IMG/VR virus record: IMGVR_UViG_3300020161_000851
Span: 1 to 51,354 of that record
Reading direction: 5' to 3' (one strand)
From: a virus
Taxonomy: Duplodnaviria; Caudoviricetes
Length of the DNA stretch: 51,354 nt
Part shown: in pieces, positions 1 through 7,670 of the stretch
Numbering within the stretch: the stretch's first letter is position 1
Layout: every line of letters begins with the position of its first letter
Notes under the pieces: model-generated
What the model was told of the DNA's origin: nothing
What the model saw: only the letters and a program-made list of their open reading frames with translations
Databases searched by the model: none
Position numbers and translations under genes: made by a program

Positions 1-185
1 CATAAAATAATAATGTCATCATCTTTAGCGTTAAGTTCTTTAACTGTCTTATGATAACCTTGGAAGATTCCTTCTTGATCATAAGCTACTCTACAATCTA
101 TATTAGCATCTTTAAAATACTTAAGTAGATTTCTAAAGTTAATAGGTTCCTTATCCTTACGACTACATATAATAGAGTAAATCAT
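1..185 (-). CDS. Glycosyltransferase, GT-A/GT2-like (partial, runs off the window)
   Basis: Not in the ORF track. My translation from CAT at 183-185: MIYSIICSRKDKEPINFRNLLKYFKDANIDCRVAYDQEGIFQGYHKTVKELNAKDDDIIIL.... An N-terminal hydrophobic strand, 'IFQGYH' and 'DDIIIL' resemble the GT2-like fold just before the DxD motif, which would lie outside the window. Confidence 0.6.
   Translation of the reverse strand, partial: MIYSIICSRKDKEPINFRNLLKYFKDANIDCRVAYDQEGIFQGYHKTVKELNAKDDDIIIL
163..169 (+). promoter_or_regulatory. Putative late-promoter-like motif CTACATA upstream of terminase
   Basis: TAnATA variant about 30 nt before the ATG at 201; similar motifs precede other structural genes. Confidence 0.3.
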
Positions 186-200
186 ATTTAATTATTATAG

Positions 201-1757
201 ATGACCGAAGATAAAATTAAAAGCAAACTGGAAAAAGAGTTCAGAAAGTGCAAGGAAGATCCAGTTTATTTCATTTCTAACCACATCAAGGTAGTTCACC
301 CTATCTTTGGATTGATTAACTTTGATCTGTATCCTTTCCAACGTAAACTTATCTCTGAGTTTAAAACTAATAGATTCTCGATCCTTAGAAAGTTTAGGCA
401 GGCGGGATGCACTACCTTAGTCGCTGCTTACGCACTTTGGAAGTGTATTTTTAATTCTCACTACAAAGTTGTAATTCTTTCAAAAGATGACGATGCTTCA
501 ATGGAAGTTTTATCTAGGATGAAGACTGCCTATGATGAGCTACCAGAATGGCTCAAGCCACCTTTGATGAAAGACTCAGCACACGCTCTAAAGTTTAACA
601 ACGGGTCCGAGATTAAATCTAAATCCTCATCTAAGCAGTCAGGTCGTTCTGTTGCAGGTTCGTTACTAATTCTAGACGAAGCTGCGTTCATTGAAAATAT
701 AGATACGATTTGGGCCGCTGCATTCCCAATTATTTCAACAGGTGGTTCAGTTATTGCACTGTCCACCGTAAATGGTATTGGTAATTGGTTTCACAGGCAG
801 TATAACGAAGCTAGAAATGGGGATAACTCGTTTAAAGCTATCGACATTAATTGGAAAGATCATCCTCAATACTTCCGTCATCCAGGCTACGAGAAGATGT
901 ATGAGAAGTTATCTCAGCAAGATCCTCCAATTGATATTGACCAGTGGGAGAAAACTACTAGGGGTGCTATCAGTTATAAAGAATGGCTTCAAGAATATGA
1001 AGCTGAGTTCTTGGGAACTGGTGATACCTTTATTGACGGTGAAATATTAAAGCAACTTAAGGAGCAAGTTAATAATGAATTTTCTACTCGATACAATAAC
1101 CGTCTGCGTGTGTGGGGTAATCCTCATCCTCATCATGATTATGCTATCGGTGTTGACACCTCCATCGGACGAGGATTAGACTCATCGGTAGCTCAAGTAA
1201 TAGATTTATACACTGGTGAACAAGTAGCTGAGTTTAAATCTAATAAGACACCAATTAACGAGTTTGCAACCATACTTGCCCAGATTGGTAGAGAATATAA
1301 TACTGCTTATATTGTCCCAGAGAGAAACTTAATTGGGCACAACTTAATTTATCAGCTTAAAGAAGTTGAGCAGTATGACAATCTGTTTTTAGACGATAAG
1401 CATGAGATCGGAGTTCAGGTGGCTGATGCTAACCGGAGACAAATGTTGGTCGGAGTTGATGAAGCAATAAGATTAAATAAAATTAAATTAAACTCTGAGC
1501 GCACAATTGACGAACTTTTAACTTTTATTATCGACGAGGTGGGTAGATATAAGGCAGACGTTAATTGTCATGACGATTTAATTATGGGTTTGGCATTAGC
1601 AGTTTTCGGATTTAATGAAATAAGAGCGAATACTCCTATGATTCAGCATCGTCCTAATGACGATAAATTTAATATGCCTATAAGTAAGGCTAAATATATG
1701 ATAAGAACCCCTGGCGGACTAATAGAAGAAGAAGATCTTAAATGGCTACTAAGTTAA
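201..1757 (+). CDS. terL: Terminase large subunit (T4 gp17-like)
   Basis: Adenine-binding LYPFQ, Walker A-like KFRQAGCTT, Walker B LLILDEAAF, coupling motif LST, RNase H-like nuclease motifs IGVDTS and HDDLIM. Confidence 0.95.
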   Translation: MTEDKIKSKLEKEFRKCKEDPVYFISNHIKVVHPIFGLINFDLYPFQRKLISEFKTNRFSILRKFRQAGCTTLVAAYALWKCIFNSHYKVVILSKDDDASMEVLSRMKTAYDELPEWLKPPLMKDSAHALKFNNGSEIKSKSSSKQSGRSVAGSLLILDEAAFIENIDTIWAAAFPIISTGGSVIALSTVNGIGNWFHRQYNEARNGDNSFKAIDINWKDHPQYFRHPGYEKMYEKLSQQDPPIDIDQWEKTTRGAISYKEWLQEYEAEFLGTGDTFIDGEILKQLKEQVNNEFSTRYNNRLRVWGNPHPHHDYAIGVDTSIGRGLDSSVAQVIDLYTGEQVAEFKSNKTPINEFATILAQIGREYNTAYIVPERNLIGHNLIYQLKEVEQYDNLFLDDKHEIGVQVADANRRQMLVGVDEAIRLNKIKLNSERTIDELLTFIIDEVGRYKADVNCHDDLIMGLALAVFGFNEIRANTPMIQHRPNDDKFNMPISKAKYMIRTPGGLIEEEDLKWLLS

Positions 1758-3565
1758 ACGAAAACGCAGGATACACACAATTTAATCCAAGCCGTGGCAG
1801 CATTTCTAGCTGGTTCGGGTCTTGGTATTACCCAGTCGGAAGAAGCGGTAAGTTCTTTGCCAAATTCCTAAGCGGTAGAAAAGAGCAATTAATTCCTCAA
1901 GATGGAACTACAACCCAACAAATAGTTCCCCCAGAGCCTCACCCTCTAGCTGGCGATACACTACTTAGAACAACTCCACTTGGCCTGATAAGTCCATTTA
2001 AAACCACTCAGATGGTTCCATCTAACGAAGAGGAGATGGAGCGTAAGCGTAGGTATCAAGAATTTGAGGATATGGATGATTATCCTGAAATTGGAGCAGC
2101 ATTTGATATTTATGCTGATGATTCAACCCAATCTAATCTTGATGGAACTAGATGGGAAATTGATAGTGACAATCAATTAATAAAAGACGAAGTTACATCG
2201 CTATTCCAGGATTTAAATCTAGAAACTTTTATTTGGGATATAACAAGAAACGCTGTAAAGTATGGTGATTGTTTTATTGAGTTAGTTGTTGATTTAGACA
2301 ACATAAAGCGTGGAATTCAAAAAATAAAGATACTAGATCCAAATTACATATACAGAATAGAAAATCATCATGGTATCTTAACTGATTTCTTGCAAGAAAT
2401 ACCTTTGCAGACAGATAGCACCATATTTGGTAAAATTGGATCTACGACCGGACAAAAGATAGTAATGCCATTAGACAAGAATCAGATTGTGCATTTCAGA
2501 ATGTTCTCATCTGATCCAACTTATTATCCTTACGGTAAATCAATAGCTGCTGCTGCAAGAGCGGTCTACAAGTCATTGAAGATGATGGAAGACGCTATGT
2601 TGATTTATCGACTCTCCCGTGCGCCAGAGAGAAGAATATTTTATGTTGACACTGGAAATCTTCCTGCCACGAAAGCTGAGATGTATCTTGAAGCTCAGAA
2701 GTCTAGATTTAAGAAAGAGAAGTATTTTAACAGAACAACTGGAGAAATTGACGCTAGATTTAATCCATTAGCTCAAGACGAAGACTTCTTCGTGGCTGTA
2801 AACGGTAAGGGCAGCGGAACTAAGATTGACACATTAAAGGGTGCTGAGAACTTAGGTGAGGTAGATGACGTTAAATACTTTAGAGATAAGTTGTTAGCCA
2901 CACTTAAGATTCCAAAGGATTACATCGTAGAGAAGGATCAAAGCCCAGAAAGAAAAGCTAATTTAAGTCAGTTAGATGTTAAATTTGCCAGAGTCATCTT
3001 AAGAGTTCAGCAGTGTATTGAAATTGGTCTTGAATCAATTGCTAAAAGACACTTATTAGTTAAGGGGTTCCCACCTTTATCAGTATCTAAACTTAAAATT
3101 AAACTTCCTGAGCCATCAGATATGTCCGCCAAGCGTCAGTTGGACATTGATGAGCAAAAGGCCAGAGTCGTTCAAGCTGTTAAAGGATTAAATATATTTC
3201 CAATAGAATATATTTATAAGAACTACTACCAGATGAACGACGATGAAGTTGATGAGATGAAAGATCAGCTTGAAAAGCAATCAAAGGATCCAATCATGGG
3301 TGCCATAGCGGCAGGAATGCCCCCAGGACAGCCGATGATGCCAGGGGCCCCAGGTGGTGATCCAGGTATGGGAATGCCCCCAGGAGCAGGCCCAGGCCCT
3401 ATGGAGGCAGGCGGACAAGAGGGGATGGAGAATATCCCACCAACAGCAATGGAGCAGGTAGACTATTCCGAACTTAAGAAGTTAATGCTTTCGGAGGGAT
3501 TGAGTGAAGAGGCAATTAAAATTGTTGAAGAAATGTCTCTTGACAGTAAATTAAATAAAATTTAA
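1742..3565 (+). CDS. Portal protein (T4 gp20-like)
   Basis: YPEIGAAFDIYADD, EDAMLIYRLSRAPERRIFYVDTGNLP, EDFF and LGEVDDVKYFRDKL match T4-type portals; overlaps the terminase stop. Confidence 0.95.
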   Translation: MATKLNENAGYTQFNPSRGSISSWFGSWYYPVGRSGKFFAKFLSGRKEQLIPQDGTTTQQIVPPEPHPLAGDTLLRTTPLGLISPFKTTQMVPSNEEEMERKRRYQEFEDMDDYPEIGAAFDIYADDSTQSNLDGTRWEIDSDNQLIKDEVTSLFQDLNLETFIWDITRNAVKYGDCFIELVVDLDNIKRGIQKIKILDPNYIYRIENHHGILTDFLQEIPLQTDSTIFGKIGSTTGQKIVMPLDKNQIVHFRMFSSDPTYYPYGKSIAAAARAVYKSLKMMEDAMLIYRLSRAPERRIFYVDTGNLPATKAEMYLEAQKSRFKKEKYFNRTTGEIDARFNPLAQDEDFFVAVNGKGSGTKIDTLKGAENLGEVDDVKYFRDKLLATLKIPKDYIVEKDQSPERKANLSQLDVKFARVILRVQQCIEIGLESIAKRHLLVKGFPPLSVSKLKIKLPEPSDMSAKRQLDIDEQKARVVQAVKGLNIFPIEYIYKNYYQMNDDEVDEMKDQLEKQSKDPIMGAIAAGMPPGQPMMPGAPGGDPGMGMPPGAGPGPMEAGGQEGMENIPPTAMEQVDYSELKKLMLSEGLSEEAIKIVEEMSLDSKLNKI

Positions 3566-3578
3566 GTATTAAAAATAC

Positions 3579-3585
3579 CTAAATA
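3579..3585 (+). promoter_or_regulatory. Putative T4-like late promoter (CTAAATA)
   Basis: Intergenic, 20 nt before the ATG at 3606; resembles the T4 late consensus TATAAATA. Confidence 0.45.
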
Positions 3586-3605
3586 GTTTTGATAAGGTTA
3601 TATTC

Positions 3606-5531
3606 ATGTTAACTAACATTTTTGAGTCTCGTAACAAAACTTTCCTAAACCTAGTAAAACTGGGTGATTATCTCGGTAGATCACTGAGAGAGAGCGTAGA
3701 AGTATTCTCAGTTGATGGGGATACGGTAACTTATCTTACGGAGTCTAAATACGTCATCCGTGGTAATTATAAGTTAACTCCACTATCTTTAACTGAAATA
3801 GAGATAGAGGATTCTGCTATATTTGAAAGCAAAGAAATTTATAATAAATTAGTTGATAAGAGAATATCAAGCTTATTAGCTGACTTGCTTGAGAATGATC
3901 TATCAGACGCTAAGGATAGCTTTGATGGAGTTTTAAACTTGTGGGAGAGCAAGTTGCAATTTGATAGAATTAATAAAAGATTAGTTGATAAGGTTCAAAA
4001 GTTTGATGAATCATTTAATATTTTAGCTACTCCAGAGTTTGAAAGACTTTACGATGCTAGACAAGAGTTAGTTAAAGTTTTGAAAGAAAATCAGGATCTC
4101 GCCTTATCCCCTGAAATTAGAAACACGGTTAGATTATCCTCAGTAATTTCAAAGTCATTTGATCTTCCAAGAATGACAATTGAACAACTAGCCGAAGATT
4201 CAGAGTATACAGTTCCAAAAGAACTTAATAACACTCTGTATGATCATCTGTGCAAACAGGAGATCATTGCCAAGGAATTGCAAGAGAGCAAGCAAAGCCT
4301 TGACACCATTTGGATTACAAACGAAAAGATTCAAAAGTTACCATCATACATTTACGAGTCTGACAGCAATGTAATGCAGTTAGTAGCTGAAATTGTAAAC
4401 GAAGTCCCTTACTTCGCTATGGCTACTAAGAAGCAAATATTCTCACTTGTCGAAGGTAACTTGGACCTTCTGGTTGACGATAACAGAGTCCCAGAAAAAG
4501 ATATTAAGGAGTTCGTAGGCAAGATCTTCGAATTTAAGAAGCCAGTGAAGAATCACTTAACAAATCTTCTAAATGAGAAGTATGGAATAAATGTCCAGAC
4601 TCTTACTGCAACTCCCACGTTCGATTCATTAGTCAAAACACAGTCTTTCATATTTGAATGCATTAGTCAACTTACACCAAAGAACTCAAACCTTAGAAGA
4701 GTTCTGGTTGAGTTCTCTAATTTACTCAAAGAGAAGAATGGTATTGAATCAATCGACGTTTCTGATTTCTTGAATGAAGTTTTTGAACTGTGTGAATACG
4801 ACACAAGCCTTAATGAAACATCATTGATGAATTATCTTAACTTTGATAAAGTTGCTGATGATCTCGGCAAGATTGGACAAGTTTTAAAGATGATTCAGGC
4901 CGGGGTCGCCGGAGGTGCGATGGGTGGTGCTGCTGAAGCTCTCGGAGGCGCAGCGCAATCAATTGCACAAGAAGTCCCAGAGGGTGAGGGTGAGTATGAG
5001 TCCGATGGTGGCGATCTAGCTGGCATGGGAGATGAAGAGGGTATGGAAGATGAAGAGGCCCTGGGCGGGGAAGAAGACATGGGGGATCCAGAGAATGGAG
5101 AAGGAAACGAACTCCCTGCCATGGACGCAGAAGACGCTGCCGATGAAGTTAATTCTGAAGATGAAATGGAAGGCATGGGTGACGAGGAAGAAATGCCTAC
5201 TGAACTCGGCGGCGAAGAGGGTGAAGAAGATGAAGGAGAAATGGTTGATAAAGATGCTTTAGTAGACAATCTCAAAGAACTTGAGAGTCTTATTGCAACT
5301 TTAAAATCAGATCTTGGAGATGAAGTTAGTGAGTTCGGTGAGGAAGGTGAAGAGGATGGAATGGAATATGAAGAGGAAGGCGAAGAAGAGATGCCAGACA
5401 TCGACACTGGGGAAGGTGAAGATGAAGTTCATATAGACGTTGATTCACACAATGATGGAGAAGAAGAGGAAGAAGATTCTGAGGAGGAAATGCCAAAGAA
5501 GAAGAAGTCCAAGAAACCAGAATTTGAGTAA
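3606..5531 (+). CDS. Hypothetical head-associated/prohead core protein with very acidic C-terminal tail
   Basis: Follows portal; helical N-terminal two-thirds, about 190-aa E/D/G-rich tail, many [ILV]-x-E motifs. Confidence 0.6.
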   Translation: MLTNIFESRNKTFLNLVKLGDYLGRSLRESVEVFSVDGDTVTYLTESKYVIRGNYKLTPLSLTEIEIEDSAIFESKEIYNKLVDKRISSLLADLLENDLSDAKDSFDGVLNLWESKLQFDRINKRLVDKVQKFDESFNILATPEFERLYDARQELVKVLKENQDLALSPEIRNTVRLSSVISKSFDLPRMTIEQLAEDSEYTVPKELNNTLYDHLCKQEIIAKELQESKQSLDTIWITNEKIQKLPSYIYESDSNVMQLVAEIVNEVPYFAMATKKQIFSLVEGNLDLLVDDNRVPEKDIKEFVGKIFEFKKPVKNHLTNLLNEKYGINVQTLTATPTFDSLVKTQSFIFECISQLTPKNSNLRRVLVEFSNLLKEKNGIESIDVSDFLNEVFELCEYDTSLNETSLMNYLNFDKVADDLGKIGQVLKMIQAGVAGGAMGGAAEALGGAAQSIAQEVPEGEGEYESDGGDLAGMGDEEGMEDEEALGGEEDMGDPENGEGNELPAMDAEDAADEVNSEDEMEGMGDEEEMPTELGGEEGEEDEGEMVDKDALVDNLKELESLIATLKSDLGDEVSEFGEEGEEDGMEYEEEGEEEMPDIDTGEGEDEVHIDVDSHNDGEEEEEDSEEEMPKKKKSKKPEFE

Positions 5532-5538
5532 TTAAACC

Positions 5539-7662
5539 ATGACTACAGGCCCCCGAAACACGCCACATCCAATAATTCTACACGTAGATGAAAGCAACAA
5601 TCCAGTAAGATTGGCTGAAGCTAGCTCTATCTACGTTACTTCAGCTACTATCGTATCAGCTACAATAACAACCATTAGTGCTACGAATTGGCTTGGGTTG
5701 GACTTAGGTAATGCTGGTGTCCCTGGGGGGAATGTTGGACAAATTCAATATAAAAAAGATTCAACTTCGTTTGGTGGAGATTCTGCATTAACTTTTAATG
5801 AAGCTAATCAAACTTTAGGTGCAGTTCAAATAATTGTTGGAAATTTTAGTTCGACAAATGAGGCTTTCTTTAACAATATAGCTAGGGCTGAAGAATTCTC
5901 TAGCATAACCCTTTCAGCAGTAAGTTCTAAAATACAAACATTATCTGCAACAACAATTTCTGCTGTTACAGTTTGTGCAACTAATTACAATTCTTTATTT
6001 GATGCTCTTAGTTTTACAAACCTCGATGCAAGATATTTAAACTCATCAGGAGAATCTGTAACTGGAAGTTTCTATTTACAAAATCTTAGTGCGGCAATAT
6101 TTTCAGCAACAACTTATTTAAACTTACCTTCAGGTGCTGCCGTATGGAACGCAAGTGCATTAGCCGGAAAGCCAGTAACTTCAACTGCCCCTGGTCAATA
6201 TCAAGTTTTGGTTTTTAATGGTAACGCATGGACACCCTCAAGTATTGCTGGCATAGGGGATGGAGCTACTCCAGGAGGCCCTGAGTCTAGCATTCAGTTT
6301 AGATCAGGGTCAACATTCTTAGGTTCTGGAACAGCAAAGTTCAACACCACATTTAGTGGACTTGAATTAGTAAACACAAGCTCTACAAATTTAAGTTCAA
6401 CAAATATCCGGTCAACGATAATATCAGCCACAGATTATCTAAATATTCCATCTGGATCCCCAGTGTGGAATGCTAAGAAACTTCAAGATTACGATATTCT
6501 TAAAGGAGATTTGATAGATAATGATATTCTATCGTTCAATCAAACGGGTGCAGTAGGAGTTGGATTTTTTCAAAAAACAACAACTACTGATTATGCTGCT
6601 GCAATATATCCTGACCTACAACCTACTATTCATGCAAATCTCCCTCAAGTAAATGCAAGTGCGTTAAGAGGATTTGCAGTAACCTCAACTACACCAGTTA
6701 CAAATAACGTATTAATATATAATGGGTCTGTTTGGACTCCCTCTGCATCAGTTGCCCTTGGATCGGTTGCATCTAATAATTTAGCATCAATTAATTCAAA
6801 TTCAACTAATTTATCAGCAACTAATTTATCAGCAACTAATTTATCAGCAACTAATTTATCAGCAACTAATCTATCTTCAATCAGTGCTAGAATAACAGGA
6901 TTATCTGCAACTACAATATCAGCAACAAATTGGCATGGTCTGCCATCTTCAGTTGCTCTTTGGAACGCAAGTGCTTTGCAAGGTGGAACAATTCTAGGTG
7001 CTAATACCCCCGCTGGACAACTTGGATTCCTAAGCTATAATCCATCTCTTAATGAATATCAAGCTCAATCTCTTAGCTCCCTAGGAAATAATGGAATGGG
7101 CACGTTAGGATATGGTGCAGCATCTTATTTAGCATCAGCTAATTCAAATTATTTTGCAATTAATGAAGGTTGGCAACTTTTTGCTGATTACCCAGAGAAT
7201 AAAGATGTCCTGGTATTTAGCTCAAACATGTATGGGACTGGTTCTCCAAGATGGACTTGGCAGCAGGCATCATCTTTAGTTCCCGCTGTAACCCCTTTTG
7301 GTTCAAACGCAGGAGTGTTTCAATTCCGAGGGCCTAATGGTGAATTTAGTTCAACTCCAGATGTTTGGTATAGTCCAGCATATAAAGTGTTTGAAGCGTC
7401 TAACATTTACACCCCAGATAATGGATCAATAAATACTTATTATCTAACTGTTAGAACTGCTATAAATGCAGCAATTTATAATATATTTGGCAAGGAAACT
7501 AGTTCTGTGGGGTCGCCAACTCCATCTAGAAATAATCAAAATATTGTATATGATTCAACAGCACAACAATGGAAGCCAGGGTATGCAGTCTATCAAGCTA
7601 CAGGAATACCAGATCCCGGCACAGGCAGTAACGGTGACATATACTTTAGATACATACCGTAA
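5539..7662 (+). CDS. Fibre protein (Ser/Thr-rich; head, neck or tail fibre)
   Basis: PGG..GQIQY and QVLVFNG..WTP fibre modules, SATxYLNLPS..WNA repeats, C-terminal GSNGDIYFRY. Confidence 0.7.
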   Translation: MTTGPRNTPHPIILHVDESNNPVRLAEASSIYVTSATIVSATITTISATNWLGLDLGNAGVPGGNVGQIQYKKDSTSFGGDSALTFNEANQTLGAVQIIVGNFSSTNEAFFNNIARAEEFSSITLSAVSSKIQTLSATTISAVTVCATNYNSLFDALSFTNLDARYLNSSGESVTGSFYLQNLSAAIFSATTYLNLPSGAAVWNASALAGKPVTSTAPGQYQVLVFNGNAWTPSSIAGIGDGATPGGPESSIQFRSGSTFLGSGTAKFNTTFSGLELVNTSSTNLSSTNIRSTIISATDYLNIPSGSPVWNAKKLQDYDILKGDLIDNDILSFNQTGAVGVGFFQKTTTTDYAAAIYPDLQPTIHANLPQVNASALRGFAVTSTTPVTNNVLIYNGSVWTPSASVALGSVASNNLASINSNSTNLSATNLSATNLSATNLSATNLSSISARITGLSATTISATNWHGLPSSVALWNASALQGGTILGANTPAGQLGFLSYNPSLNEYQAQSLSSLGNNGMGTLGYGAASYLASANSNYFAINEGWQLFADYPENKDVLVFSSNMYGTGSPRWTWQQASSLVPAVTPFGSNAGVFQFRGPNGEFSSTPDVWYSPAYKVFEASNIYTPDNGSINTYYLTVRTAINAAIYNIFGKETSSVGSPTPSRNNQNIVYDSTAQQWKPGYAVYQATGIPDPGTGSNGDIYFRYIP
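6803..6870 (+). repeat. Perfect 15-bp tandem repeat CAACTAATTTATCAG x4 plus 8-bp partial (encodes TNLSA)
   Basis: Read directly from the sequence. Confidence 0.95.
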
Positions 7663-7670
7663 TTTAGAAA

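Noticed and set aside
3290-3450. GC-rich patch at the portal 3' end as a foreign insert
   Set aside because: Explained by a Gly/Pro/Met low-complexity tail with a short internal duplication (GGAATGCCCCCAGGA)
201-3565. Intein or intron in terminase or portal
   Set aside because: Lengths are normal, motifs are contiguous, and no splice-junction or homing-endonuclease motifs were seen
4895-5407. 170-aa Ser/Pro-rich minus-strand ORF
   Set aside because: Antisense shadow of GAA/GAT/GGT-rich codons in the acidic tail
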